Positions 1 to 16,202 of a DNA stretch of 64,000 nucleotides are shown piece after piece. Source of the stretch: the human T2T-CHM13v2.0 reference genome, Homo sapiens; NCBI RefSeq assembly GCF_009914755.1, contig NC_060939.1; one strand, given 5' to 3'. The position numbers and the translations under genes are program-made. Numbering within the stretch: position 1 is the first letter of the stretch; each line of letters opens with the position of its first letter. The notes beneath the pieces were generated by a model. It was not told the DNA's origin, did no database searches, and saw nothing but the letters and a program-made list of their open reading frames with translations.

Positions 1-195
1 TGAATCACAATCTCAAGGCCCAACGTTTTTGGCAGATGCAGCTCTTTCTGAACAGTAAGTCATTGTTGAGTGACATGAATAGGACGAGAGCTACAGAAAA
101 TGAAGGTTTCAAAAGATTGTCTAAAACAAAAGTCCTTTCAGTCCCTTGTATTCAGAGTTTCACCCCTCACTGAACCAAAGTTGCTCATTTTGCAG

Positions 196-312
196 GGAGA
201 ATGCACATGAAACTGTTCTGTCTGGAATCCAGGCAGTATTGCACTTTGATTGGCAGGTCAGCCACCATCTGAAGGTACTTAGTGCTCATTACTCATCAGT
301 CCATCCAGAAGG
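196..312 (+). other. Candidate spliced exon (unverified)
   Basis: Acceptor ttgctcattttgcAG|G at 194-195; donor AGG|GTAAGA at 313; 117 nt. Motif evidence only. Confidence 0.15.
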
Positions 313-1247
313 GTAAGAAAGAAGTAACCCTTTCCTGCCGTTTGCACTTATTCTCACCTTGTCTTTCCTGAGGAGTATGGCTGTAGTTACAGATACATAT
401 CTAACAGAAAGCAGTCATATCATTCCAACAGGGAACAGAACTCAGGGAAATGGTTGCCAGTGTACCAGATTCCTTCTTTCATTTTCTTTCTTTTTACTCC
501 TTTTGAAAGCTGTTGAGGTCTAGTTGTTTCTTAAGGAGGTTTAACTCAGATCTCAGCACTGATCTGGAGGCCAGGCAGGGTCTTATCAACTCTGGCACTG
601 AAGTTAACCCCGTCCTGGGTGCAGCTGGGAAGGCTTAGCTCTCTGAGACCACCGAGGAACCCAAAGACATCTAAAGATGAACTGGGTACCTGCAGGAGGC
701 GAGGGGCCTGAGAGACCCCTGGAAACATACTAGCATGAGCCTTTATAACTGACTGTCTGGAACAACACAGTTCCAGGCTTTCAGGGCCAAGGGGTGAGAA
801 ATCCCAAATCTTCCTACATTTTTCCTGATACTTTAGTAGACAGGTGCCTAATTTTTCTTAATTCACAGAGGACTTTCCCTTCCTGTTCATTGTTCATTAC
901 TCACAAGAGTCCTCCCCAAGGCACGGAGATAAGTGCTGCAGGGTGAGTCACTAACAAATTGAGAGTTGCATCACGTCTCCAAACTCCAGCTTGGCCTTCT
1001 GACCAAAAGAGTATCTAGTTTTTCTTGAAAAGATTACATCACAGGTGGTAAAGCATTTGTCTTTGCCTTTCTTCATCCCTTTTCTGTTTCCTGGTTCCTA
1101 GCAGGTATTATGTGAAAAGTCCGACTGGCCTTCCCAGAACTGATTCACATTATACAGTTTGATTTTTGCATGATCCCTCCGTGCTGAGTTATTTTGTTTC
1201 ATTAAAAAGGGCAAAAGGCCACGTACTTTTAAAAAAACATGGTTACC

Positions 1248-1629
<382 letters not shown>

Positions 1630-2629
1630 TTAGGGAGGCAAATGCCAGCTTGATCCCTAAGAATTTCAGTGTTGGCCTTGGATATCTCACCTTTGTTTTT
1701 TAATCTGAGACTTGGAAATATGAACCGAAAATATACTTATATTTTTACTATGAATATAAATGTCAAATATCTTCTGAATTTAATAGCTTGTTTTGTCAAG
1801 AAAACAAAATCATAAGAATGTTGATCATAAATATAGCGGATTTCTGGAGGGGCTGGCTGATCTCAGAGGTCTACTGCCTCTCTCCTTCCATCTTCTCTGA
1901 AGCTGCCTCAGCCAGGACACCCCTAAACTAGTTCCAAAAAGGGTATGGCCTGGAAAGGGATCAGGGTCCATCTTTGCTTAATTTTGACTGAGCTCTATGC
2001 TCTTCAATTAGATAAGTGACACAGTAAAATGTCACTAATCCACACTCAGTAGTTTTAGAGATTAGTAATTCCAGAGGTATGAGATGAAGCTTCTGTTTTT
2101 TAAATATATGTATGAAGAAAGGGTTTATTAAGCCTAAGCATATGATTGTGGGAGCAAATTGTTAACCTGCTAAGAAGAAGACTACCTTTGAAGATTCACA
2201 TAACTTTTAAAATGCTGGGGCTGGGTACTAATTACAGATAAGTTTAGCAAAGTAGATGGGTAGCATTCTAAAAGAATCTTCAATTAATGTATGTCCTGTG
2301 AAGTTGAGAAATAAGAATACCAATACAAAATTCTGTATCCTTAAAGATATTCTATAAGTCAGACTTTAAAAACAAACAAACAAACAAAAATACCTGGCAC
2401 TGGGCTTCTTTATACCAATTGGCCCAAACTTGAGAAATTTAACTAGATATCATAAGATTGTGAGGCTTGGGGTGACTGATTGGACCACAACTTTTTGAGT
2501 GCAATCTAAGAACCATTGGGATTTAGGTGTGTTGTTCTCATGTGTGGGTCTGTTTATGAGCATGTGTTTTTATGTGTTCGTAAGTGTGTGCATGTGTGCA
2601 GGTGTATGCGCTATGATATGAAGGAAGAT

Positions 2630-3561
2630 GTTTTTCAGACCCCCAAATTCCAGCAACCAGTTTGAAGACCACACAGAGGAAGGAGATCAGTGTGAGAATA
2701 CAGCTTCTTCATCTTCCCATCCCATGACTTCCCCCTGCACTCTTCAAATAATCAATGATCTCCACACTTTGGCCCACTCCAAAACCCTAACCCTGAATTC
2801 CTCAGGGAGATGGATTTGAGGTTTCTTCTCATCTCCTTGTAAACTAAAAATAAAATTCGAAGCCCCCCAACCATCTGGATGGACCCCTCCACTCGGCCAC
2901 TGGAGTTCTGAAATTAACCTGAAAAACCAGTTCCCGCTGTGATGGGAAGGGGAAGCTGGACATGTCTCATTCTACCCTCCTCCCTTTTGGAATGATGAAT
3001 AGAGCAGACTTTAAGTCTGATAAGAAACATTGACGATCTATTCTCTCTGCAGTCTGCTACCTGGAGGTTTCCTCTGAATAATGGGAACCATGGTCTCCAC
3101 AACCCCTTATCTTAACCTGGACATTCCCTTCTATTGATTCTAGGTATTTAGACAATAACTTAACACTTTCAACCAAATGCCAATTAGAAAATCTTTGAAT
3201 CCACCTCTGACTTGGAAGTTGCCCCCCAACTTCTGGTTGTCCTGCCTTTCCGGGCCAAACCAACGTACATCTTACATGTATTGATTGACGTCTTATGTCT
3301 CCCTAAAATGTATAAAGCCAAGTTGTAGTCTGACTACACTGGACACATGTTCTCAGGATCTTCTGAGGGCTGTGTCACCGGCCATTGGTCACCCATATTT
3401 GGCTCAGAATAAATCTCTTCATATATTTTACAGAGTTTGACTCTTTTTGTCAACATCCTTATTTGGTGACCCTAAGATTAAATCTCTTTCTCTGCTGTGA
3501 CCTAGTGTCTCGGCATATTGACTTGCCACATGCATCAGGCAATGAACCTTCTACTGTTACA
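2630..3561 (+). mobile_element. ERV1-class LTR fragment, split by a younger LTR at 2838-3455
   Basis: Sequence reads continuously across the insert (gatggatttgaggtttcttctcatctcct / tatttggtgaccctaagattaaatctctttc) and ends in ...GTTACA. Family not identified. Confidence 0.5.
2838..3455 (+). mobile_element. MER4-family ERV1 solo LTR
   Basis: Starts TGTAAACTAAAAATAAAATTC, ends GAGTTTGACTCTTTTTGTCAACA; internal AATAAA; 4-bp TSD TCCT at 2834-2837 and 3456-3459. Confidence 0.82.
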
Positions 3562-3926
3562 GAAGGCAGAGAAAGTGGAAGCAGAAAGCAGAATGAAAGG
3601 TTCCGGGGTGTCTATTCCAATTCTTGGTGACAAACTGGACTTGACACCTGCTGGATAGGGGTTGATGGCCAGAAATGGATGGAACCATTTAAGAAAGACT
3701 GTGCAGCTCTGAGTATGAGCATGGCTGTTTTAAGATCAAGAAAAAATGTGGCTCACAGTTATCTGTTTTTGTCAAAACCCCAGCAGAATTCTGATGTACT
3801 AGGAATGGAAGCACTGGGGCATCCAGACGTGGCAGCGTAGCATGGATGTCTTGCTGTGGCAGTGAAGAGGTCATGCAGGAGAGAAAGAATGGGTGATGCC
3901 ATAGGGCAATGGCAGACCATTATCAG

Positions 3927-3990
3927 CACAGTGATGTCCCTTTAGAGACTGCCAGACTGCCAGGACACAATGATGTCCCTTTAGAGACTG
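3927..3990. repeat. 25-bp direct repeat, period 39
   Basis: CACA(G/A)TGATGTCCCTTTAGAGACTG at 3927-3951 and 3966-3990. Confidence 0.9.
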
Positions 3991-4162
3991 TTCTATGACA
4001 CAGATGGAGATGTTAGAGGCAAAACAAATACACCTGCATGTGTCTGTGTTCCTGTGTTCCACTTAGCAATATATTATGAACATTTTTTCCATACAAGTAC
4101 TTTTCATCTGTAATATAGGAGACCTCCCAGTTTTCCATGTTTGGGGATGTAAGATTTATTCA

Positions 4163-4424
<262 letters not shown>

Positions 4425-6874
4425 TCAACTACTCCTCTTTCTTGCTGGTGCTTCCATTATTTTTTTCTCTACTGTAAAGCATTGTGTGATGAACATTCTT
4501 GAAACATTCACAAATCCATAATTATTTTCTTAGGACTAACTTACCTGAAAGTGGAATTGTTGGATCTAAAGAGGACAGGAATTATTCTGAGGCTTTTGAA
4601 GTGTAAAGGACAGTTTCCTTATATGTAAAATGAAAGGGTAAGATTAAAGTGGGTAGCTTTCAAGACTTTTTTTTCCCCTTTTTGTCAGTAGACTCTTCTA
4701 GCAGAAACTTCTGCAGAAACCCAGGAAATAAATGGATCAGAGGTGAACACACTCTGGTGGAGTGGGGCTGGGCCCGTTTTCTTCTGCCTTCCCTCCCTTT
4801 CTGCTGCCAGGGGCTCTAAGGGACATCCAGGTCTCAGAGGCACATAGTTTGCAAATCACAGGGCAAGGTGACCTTACATTCTTTTCCACCTGTGTTTGCT
4901 ATCAGTCACTTTTACTGAACTGCTGGCCGTCTAGACAGGTCTGGCCACTGGGTCCTTTGGAGATCCCTATCACTGGATCCCTGCCACTGCCCCTTCCTAA
5001 GTGGTCAGTAAGTACTTGTTAATCTTAGATAGCAGCCATTTGACAACACATCAAAAGCAGGAGGGCTCCAGTGGGTAAACTTGAAACGGAAGAAACTGGA
5101 CCACACCCAGTGGTGGGAGATGACCCAGGAGCCTGGACATGGCGATGAATTTCGGGAATTTTTATGACTCAGAACTTGGGGAATGTAGACATTATGTAAT
5201 TAAAAAATGTAATTTAAAATATATGGGTAGTTTTGAGAATATGAAAGCTCTTCTTTTTGTAGATGAGAAAATGGAAACAAGACAAGGTAAAGGACTCACC
5301 CCAGGTCACACAGTAACTTAGTGGCATCATCAGGCATCATGACAACTACAAAACGCTCTTTTGCTTTTACAATTTTGAATATTTCCCTGCTTTCTCTAAA
5401 GAGAAAAGGATGGGGGGCGGACGAATGAGAAACTAACACTTAAAACATAAATTATGTGCCAGACAATGATCTAGATGCCTTCCTTATACTTATTTTTTTA
5501 ACCCTGTTAAGATGGGAGCCTTGTGCTGTCTGGCACACAAGAACTTTGCCTCAGAAGTTCAGTCCTGGGTCCACAGGCACCCAGCAGTGATTGACAATGC
5601 TGTGATTTGGAATCCATCTCTGACCCCAAAGAACATCCTTTCCCAACTTAGTTCTGTTTTATTAACGTAGAAAGGTACCTAATGCCTAAATGTTAGAAAG
5701 CAAAGAAATCTGGGAAGTAACTTTAAGTAAATGATGCTGAACAAGAACCAAAACCTGTCAACAGACAAGTCTTTAAATAGGATAGGGACATTAGTTTGAT
5801 TCAGACACATCAATGTAGGAAAAAAATATGACCCCAAACCCTGCCCAGAGCATGTCCTTGGAGGTCCTTTCTTGGCATGAAAGTTGGTGCTATAGGAAAT
5901 GGTGTAAGATGTAAAGAGAAACCCTCTTCCTTCCTCAAGTCATATTCCTCAGGAAATACCATCTAGTGTCCAGTATTCTAAAGTCTTTGACTGGGAAACC
6001 CAGGACACTTTTCACAAGAATGTGAAGTTTAGGTCCACATCTCCAGAGTCATTTGGAAGATGTGGGCACCCATAGAGCAGGCCTGGGAATATAATCTTTA
6101 GGGAGCTAAGGAGATGTGAGAAATGAGGATATGTGCGTTGGTACCTTGAGTTCGAACTCTAGCACCAAACTTCATCCAATCCAAATCTGCAGAAGGAGGT
6201 TTTGACATGATTTGGGAGTGGGAGGGGGATTCTAGGCCTTGTCCACCAAGATTAAACTTCTTTTTGCAGTTCATAACACTACAGACCGAACGAACGGGCA
6301 GTAGGTATAAGGCTATTAGGATCATTAAGAGTTTACTGATGGAATTGGGCTTCCCTTGCACAAAGTTGTATGACTCATGAAGTCCATTGCAATGCAGCAC
6401 AAGAGCCCATGGTTTCATGAGTGAAGCAGCCTTCACAGTCTCTCTCCTAAAACTGAATGTGGCTGGACCTCTGCAATGCTTTGTCACTTCTCTAACTAGT
6501 GGATACCAAAACTGCTTCCCTTTGCCCAGATCATATAAAAGTAGCTTTTTATTCCTGGAAACTACAAGCTGCCACACCAGTCTGGGGTACCCTTCATTGC
6601 CTCCCTACACTCACACCTGCCCCAAGCCCAGGCCCTGTCGGTGGCCTTCCTGATGTCCCCTGTGTTGTCTTTCCCTATGCTCAGTGCATTGATCTTTTCC
6701 CTCCTCTGTGATGCCATTGAGAGTGTCACTAGCTGCTCTCTCATATTGTTCTCGTTTTTCTTGTGTGTTAATCCCATTGAACCTAAAACCCATACATTTC
6801 TTGAAATTAGGGAAGGGATGAGGTGATGCATTTGACTAACATCAGTGTAGTAAATCTGACAGAATGAGTACCTG

Positions 6875-7723
<849 letters not shown>

Positions 7724-8331
7724 AAACTAGTTCAACCATTGTGGAAGTCAGTGTGGCGATTCCTCAGGGATCTAGAACTAGGAATACCATTTGACCCAGC
7801 CATCCCATTACTGGGTATATACCTAAAGGATTATAATTCATGCTGCTATAAAGACACATGCACACATGTTTATTGCGGCACTATTCACAATAGCAAAGAC
7901 TTGCAACCAACCCAAATGTCCAACAATGATAGACTGGATTAAGAAAATGTGGCACATATACACCATGGAATACTATGCAGCCATAAAAAATGATGAGTTC
8001 ATGTCCTTTGTAGGGACATGGATGAAGCTGGAAATCATCATTCTCAGCAAACTATCGCAAGGACAAAAAACCAAACACTGCATGTTCTCACTCATAGGTG
8101 GGAATTGAACAATGAGAACACATGGACACAGGAAGGGGAACATCACACACCGGGGCCTGTTGTTGGGTGGGGGGAGGGGGGAGGGATAGCATTAGGAGAT
8201 ATACCTAATGTAAATGACAAGTTAATGGGTGCAGCACTCCAGCATGGCATATGTATACATATGTAACAAACCTACACGTTGTGTACATGTACCCTAAAAC
8301 TTAAAGTAAAATAAAAAAAAAATAAAAAAAA
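7724..8331 (+). mobile_element. L1PA (PA4/PA5-like) 3' end with A-tail; same insertion as 6986-7723
   Basis: KLVQPLWKSVWRFLRDL...SLIGGN plus 3'UTR and poly(A). The whole element is flanked by the 15-bp TSD AAGATGAGCATGATA at 6971-6985 and 8332-8346. Confidence 0.95.
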
Positions 8332-8519
8332 AAGATGAGCATGATAATGGTTCCTACCCCACAGAGTATTAATTAAACTAGATAACTCATCTAAAGTGCC
8401 TACCACATTATACATCCTCCAAAATGTCAGCTGCTATTATTATCCTCACAGTCAGACGCTGTGGTAGGCCATTTTCATTCATGGTCTCATCTATTCATCA
8501 CAAGAGTTCGGTGGGCAGT

Positions 8520-9086
8520 GTAGGAGACAGCATTGGGTGCCTACACACCAGCCAGCTACTGCTCCATCCCTGTTGGCAGAGTCCTGCTCTCGTTTAGGTA
8601 TTTGTCTTCTTCCCTATCCCCTGGTCGACATGGAAGGTGATTCTCTCCTCAGCCCAGGGGAAAGTACTGAATAGTCTAAGCCAATCATGTAACCTCTTAC
8701 CAGTGATTGGTTCAGAGGTGGTCATGTGACATAGTATCAGCTAATGAAGTAGGAGGAGAAGCTTGGTCTGGTACCTGGTTGGGAAGCAGGGAAGGTTTCC
8801 TCACTGATACAAATGAGGCATGCAGGAAGACATCCTTCTTCCTTCCCCTGGACCTTGCGGTGTTTGGACATTTGCCTGGAATTGCCATGCTGTAAAGGAA
8901 GCCAACACAGAGGGAGAGGGGTAGAGCCTAGAGAACAGATGCAGGCCCCAATTACCTGGCATACCTGTGCTCATACTTGAGCACTTTCTGTTATGTAAAA
9001 TGGGATGTCCCATGATTGTGTTAAAGCTCTTGAGTCATGCTTTTTCTGTAACTTACAGTCCCCACAAAAGCATCCTAACCAATGTA
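8520..9086 (+). mobile_element. Old MaLR LTR (MLT1J/K-like)
   Basis: gtctaagccaatca...gattggttcag...catgtgac motifs; 3' end aaaagcatcctaaccaatgta. Confidence 0.5.
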
Positions 9087-9196
9087 GTTAATTATTTTGC
9101 TCCCTGTGTTCCAGATGAAAAATTGAACCTCAAAGAGATTTACAGTATTTACTCCAAGAGTTAAACAGATAGCAAGTGGCCAGAAAAAGTAGAGTC

Positions 9197-9483
9197 TTTT
9201 TTTTTTTTTTTCTGAGGTCGGGTCTCTGTCTGTCACCCAGGCTGGAGTGCAGTGGTGCAATCATGGCTCACTGCAGGCTTGACCTCTATGCTCCCACCTC
9301 AGCCTCAAGAGTAACTGAGACTACAGGAGCACACCACCACACCTGTCTAAATTTTAAATTTTTGGTAGAGACAGGGTCTCACTGTATTGCCCAGGCTGGT
9401 CTCAAACTCCTGAGCTCAAGCAGTCTTCCCTCCTCAGCCTCCCAAAGTGCTAGGATTACAGGCATCAGCCATGGTGCCCTGCC
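9197..9483 (-). mobile_element. AluJ
   Basis: Antisense Alu with poly(T) and J-type features (atcatggctcactgcag, ctcaagcagtc). Confidence 0.88.
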
Positions 9484-10434
9484 CAAAGCAAAATCTTCTT
9501 ATACATCCCCTCTGGCCTCTAGTGCCCAGGGCATCATAGAATGAATACTCGTTTAATAAATAGGCAGTGTCTCAGAAACTCATATGCTCACCAAGCTGTG
9601 TTACCCCAGGGCAGTGTAATAGCTGTGCTGCAAGGTGCGCTGAAAAATGCCATGCTTCAGCCACTTTTAATGACTTTCCAACTCCTCGATATGCGTGGTG
9701 AGTCTCATGAATTCTCTAAAAAGCAAGAAGAGTGATTATCTAAAGTGATTTTCATTGCTGGGGCACACTTCAACACACTCAGCTTCATGACAAGTAACAC
9801 TTGCTCTTTATTTAAATAACAGGCTTTGGTTTGGTAGTTACCACTTCTTAATGTCATCCTCTTTTAAAAAGATGATATTTATACTAAATGCTTAAGAAAT
9901 CTAGTTCTTCTTTGCCACAGCAAGTGGTGCTGAATTGATCTCAGGATTTAGTTCCAGTCCAAGAAAGTCACCAACTTGGAGGTCTGGGAGGAAAGCTTGA
10001 GGTGGGGTATATAAGAACAAGATAAAATGGGGATGGGAGGAAAGATGTTCTAGCTTTTTCTTCCCTGAGAGGCCTATGCCCTGTTTTAGTAGATGTCTTT
10101 CTGATTTTTATCAGGGGAAGAAGTATTAAAATGCACATTTAATTGTACTGACAGCTAACCAAAGGAAAAATACTTTAGAATGACATACTGCATAGTTACA
10201 GAGACACGGTTGAGTTCCCTTCCTTTCTTGCACTTGCCTCATACAGTTCTGTACCAGCCAAGCTCAGTCCTCACCAAACCTGCACCTGGGCAGAACTTCA
10301 AGGGCAGTGAACTTGACTGATAATGGCCAAGGGAGGGAGTAATGGGCCAGTGACTTAAGATTGTAACGGGGCAACTGCCCCTCAGTATTATACCCATGAT
10401 TGCCCAATTAATTGTTAAACTCTCTTGCTATCTT

Positions 10435-10735
10435 TTCTTTTCTCCTTTTTTTGTTTTTGACAGATATTCTCTCTTGTTGCCCAAGCTGCAGTGCAATGGC
10501 ATGATCTCGGCTCGCTGCAGCCTCCGCCTCCTGAGTTCAAGTGATTCTCCTGCCTCAGCCTCCTGAGCTGGATTACAGGCGCCTGCCACCATGCCTAGCT
10601 AATTTTTGTATTTTTAGTAGAGACAGGGTTTCACTATGTTGGCCAGGCTGGTCTCTAACTCCTGATCTCAGGTGATCCACTCACCTCGGCCTCCCAAAGT
10701 GCTGGGATTACAGGCATGAGCCACCACGCCCAGCC
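10435..10735 (-). mobile_element. AluS (AluSq-like)
   Basis: Antisense Alu; TSD CTCTCTT(G/C)CTATCTT at 10420-10434 and 10736-10750. Confidence 0.9.
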
Positions 10736-10927
10736 CTCTCTTCCTATCTTAAGGAAATCATAGGAGAGAAGCCAATAATAATAAGGGTGATAGTTACTGA
10801 GCACTTATGACACACCAGGCTCTGTTTAAGACCCAGTACGTGCACTATTATTTGAATTCTCACAAGCTGTGTTAAACCATCACTCTTCCTTTAATAAGTA
10901 TAATTCTTACAATAATAATAGTAGCTA

Positions 10928-11487
10928 TGTAGGAGAGAAAACATAATTTTCTCTCTACTCTTCTTAACTGGGACTCCCTGTAACAAAAGACAGATTAACA
11001 AGAAAAAAACAAACAGAAGTTTATGAACATGTATACCTCATGTATACATGGGAGAAAACCCAGAGAAATAGGTAAATCTCTAGAGTAGATCTCAAAGAAA
11101 GCATTTAAGTCTTAAATACAGTCATTCTATGAAAGAAGGGTGTGTGTGTTTGTTGTGGGGGAAAGCCTGGTTAAGACAAGATGGCCAGGGAAAGGACCCT
11201 AAAACAGGGTACGGTTTGTTATCCAGATTTAAGTCCATGCCTTCTCCATCCACTGGTTAACAATCTTTAGTGATTTAGCAGAGGGAGACACACTTACAAA
11301 TGGAGATTTTCTTTATAAATGTAAATTTCTCTTACAAAATGGTAACTTTTCAGAGCCACTTCTTTGTCTTCAGTTTCTCAAAATAACCAGCTCAAAATCA
11401 TCAATATGCCAAAGAGGCATATTTTGGAGTGGCATATTCTGGTCTCCTACAGTCATATTTTGGGGTGGTATATCCTGAGCCCCATCA
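10928..11487 (-). mobile_element. ERV1 solo LTR, MER34/MER39 group
   Basis: Reverse strand begins TGATGGGGCTCAGGATATACCACCCCAAAATATG...TGTAGGAGACCAGAATATGCC and ends ...CTCCTACA. Confidence 0.72.
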
Positions 11488-11929
11488 GAATTATTATAGA
11501 CTACAAAACTCAGGCACAGAAAGGATATGTAACTTACCCAGGGTTTCGAGGCTAGAAAGTGACAAAGTTAGAATTTAAATCCTGGTATTCTGGGTCCAGA
11601 ATTCAGCTTTAATCATCACCCTCTAGTGCCTTAATAGCCAAAATAATTCATGAGAAGGAACAGATGGTTTGAAAATGGGAGACAGATGGTGAAAAGCAAA
11701 ACACTTTTATCAAGCTGGTTGCATTTCTCCACCTTAACTGTGCCTGACAGGCAGCAGAGCATGGTGGGAAGGGCCTGCACAGTGGAATATCTGGAGCCCA
11801 GTCTGGCTCTACCCTGACTAGTTTTTAAGTGAGGCCCACAGAGGATGAGCAGCATGCTCCCTTCTTTTTGATATTTGGACTAAAATATAATGACTTACAA
11901 ACTATGGAATACATAAGCATCGCCAACTA

Positions 11930-12030
11930 ATTAAGAATCTTTAGAAGTGGGCAACAGGAGTCCACATTTTTAACAAGCTCTACAGGTGATTCTGATGCAG
12001 GTGGTCTATGGACCATGCTTGGAAACCAGA
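11930..12030. mobile_element. MER5A/MER5A1 (hAT-Charlie) fragment
   Basis: ttttaacaagctctacaggtgattctgatgcaggtggtc motif. Confidence 0.55.
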
Positions 12031-12077
12031 TGGTCTTTGGGTCTCCTTTCTGTTTCTTATTTAATGACACCAGGCTA

Positions 12078-12409
12078 TAGTCACACCTCCACATCTGTGA
12101 GTTCCACATTCACAGATTCAACCAATTGGGAATGGAAAATATTAAAAAAAAAACAATAAAAAATAAGGCAAATAAGACAATACAGTATAACAATAATTTG
12201 CATTTAAATTATATTAAGCATTTAAAATATATTAAGTATTATAAGTAATCTAGAGATGATTTAAAGTATCCTGGAGGATGTATGTAGGTTATATGCAAAT
12301 ACCATGCCATTTTATATCAGGGACTTGAGCATCCTTGAATTTTGGTATCCGAGGTGTGTTGGAGAGGGGGTCCTGGAGCCAGTCCTCTGCAGATACTAAG
12401 GGATGACTG
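12078..12409 (-). mobile_element. MER2 (TcMar-Tigger MITE)
   Basis: Characteristic aagtaatctagagatgatttaaagtat...ttatatcagggacttgagcatcc; degenerate TIR ending agggatgactg. Confidence 0.8.
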
Positions 12410-13175
12410 GTACTTGCCTTTGTGGTGCTATTTCTCATCTGCTTTTGTCTGTAGATGGGCATCAGAGGTAGTGGCAAGCAAGGCGTGGAGTCAGGCAATT
12501 GGATGACAATGGGCCACTCACTACTCACTGCCTCCAGCCCTGTTTTTCTTTTTTTTTTTTACACAAAGTAGGGTTAAAGGAAACAAATAGTAATAGAAGA
12601 GGCATAGGATGGAATGCTCGGGTAAAGTCGGTGTCCACCCCCTGTTCATTATAGCCATGTTCTGGTCCATGCTGATATGTGTGAGTTAATGATATTGCAG
12701 AGAAAAGGTGCAATCTGAAGAGTCCAAAATTCTCAAGTAACTTATGTCATATCAGTGAGAATTCTCTTTTGCTTTTTTCATTTTAGTTTTCCCCACCCCT
12801 TTCGTTAGGAAGATTTTGTCCAAGCTCTCCTAGTTTAGGTGTAGCATACATGTGAAGATATGCCCGGCTCGTACACAGACCTTGCTGGCTGAGCTTTTCA
12901 GGTAGGCCATGTGCAGCCTCAGTGCCCCAGGGAGTCTCTACCAAAGATGGTTCATGAGATCCTAGTCCCCTCACAAGGAACTTTGAAACACTTTGTCTAT
13001 TTACTTGCAAACTTGCATCTTTTTGGGAGCCAGAATGGTCTGGCATCTGCTCTAATTTTTGGGTCACACTCAAGAGCAGAGGAGTGAGGGAGGATTTTAA
13101 TGTTAGTTACCATATTGTGGAATTCCTACTGTCAGAGAATAAGTTTTTAAAAAACATAAAATCATGACTCTCATA

Positions 13176-13729
13176 TGATGGAGTTTAGGATGTACTATCC
13201 CAAATATGGCCCCTTGGGATCTGAGAAGACAGCAGAAGCAGAAAGGCCACTTTCCCCTTCCCCTTGCCCTTCTCCCGTGAGGTACATTATAAAACCTAGG
13301 AAGGCCACTCTCTAACCTTTTTCCCTGAAGCAGTTCATAAGACCCTCATTCCAGAGGGGCCCTCCTTATACTTGGAAGAAAAGAACACCCTTATCTCTGA
13401 AGACACAGGGACACAGACAAGAATCTGACCAAACAGGCCTGGCTATGTTCCTCCCAGTCCATTACCGTTAGGTAATGGTCACACTGTTATCGTTAGGTCA
13501 CACTCCTTTTGTCCAATTTACACTTTCCCATGACTGTCGACTCTTCATCAAACAGCATAAAAATACACAGGTTTTCTTGTTTCTTTGAGTCTTCATTTCT
13601 GAAGGCTCTCGTGTCATCTAAAACTTGTATTAAATAAACGTGTATTAAACAAATGTCTTTGTTATGGGGCCCTCAGCCATAAACCTGAGGGAAATAAAAG
13701 TTGGGGAAAAATATTTCTTTTCCCCTACA
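13176..13729 (+). mobile_element. MER39-like ERV1 solo LTR
   Basis: TGATGGAGTTTAGGATG...CCCCTACA; TSD CATA/CATG; alignable by eye to the inverted copy at 17744-18247. Confidence 0.78.
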
Positions 13730-13793
13730 CATGCAAATATAGAATGCACACATGTCAAATGTTTTACTTAACTCATTAAGATTGAGAGGACAA

Positions 13794-14081
13794 GGCTGGG
13801 CGCGGTGGCTCAGGCCTCTAATCCCAGCACTTTGGGAGGCTGAGGCGGGCAGATCATGAGGTCAGGAGATCGAGACCATCCTGGCTAACACGGTGAAACC
13901 CTGTCTCTACTAAAAATGCAAAAAATTAGCCGGGCGTGGTGGCGGGCGCCTGTAGTCCCAGCTCTTCAGGAGGCTGAGGCAGGAGAATGGAGTGAACCCA
14001 GGAGGTGGAGCTTGCAGTGAGTCGAGATCGCGCCACTGCACTCCAGCCTGGGCGACAGAGTGAGACTGTCTCAAAAAAAAA
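13794..14081 (+). mobile_element. AluY, full length
   Basis: AluY diagnostics; TSD AAGATTGAGA(G/A)GAC at 13778-13791 and 14082-14095. Confidence 0.93.
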
Positions 14082-14808
14082 AAGATTGAGAAGACTGTAG
14101 GATTTTATAACCAGTGCAAGGGAAAATCCAAAGACTAGTCATTTCTATAGAGAATCAGGAATGCTGAAATTAATTTACTACTCCATGCAAAAACAGCCTG
14201 TGCCACAAGGTAGAAATCAATGGGTAACTTTACAGGATAAAATTGATTTGCTTTTTTACAAATGGGAATCATCCCTATTTAGTTCTCCACAAGTTAATGT
14301 CTATCTCTACAGAGATGCAAAATAGTCGATGGCAAAGAAAAGCACAGACCTCTATAGAATCAGACAGCCCTGCTCCAGACAATGTCTAGCATTCAGTTGA
14401 AAGAACATCCATTAATCTTTTTGCTCATTTCAACATTTTTTCAGTTTTTCCTAACCCTGCTGTGTGCTTAAATCTGCGGGACTGCTAAACATGCTTTGTC
14501 TGAAATCATGGCGGGAAGGACTTCATAGCACTACTTGGCCTCTTACAATAGGGACATATTGAAAACCAGTTAAAAAGCATTAAATATTCCCCTGGATGAA
14601 GAAACGATCAAAGATGAGAAGCTGAAACAGCCCATGCGGGAAGCAGATTTGCTTTACTGAGGCAGCCCGAAGCTGGAATCTGCATTGCTTGCTTTGGCTT
14701 TCCTGCCTCCTGCCTCTCCTGGAGTGCTGCCCTCGGCTGGGCCCACTGAGACCTAGCAGCAACAACTGGGACCCCAGATGATTGATTGCTCTGTTTTGCC
14801 TTTCTCCT

Positions 14809-16084
<1,276 letters not shown>

Positions 16085-16202
16085 CTCATTTTCTTAGAAA
16101 ATGAAAAACACTATGGAGAATGCCAGAGGGCAACCTGGTTTGTGCGTGTGTGCGTGCGTGTGTGTCGGGGGGGCATATGGGTGTGGGCGTGGGTGTGAGT
16201 GT

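Noticed and set aside
6098-6577. 159-aa minus-strand ORF
   Set aside because: GTG start and no homology that I recognise.
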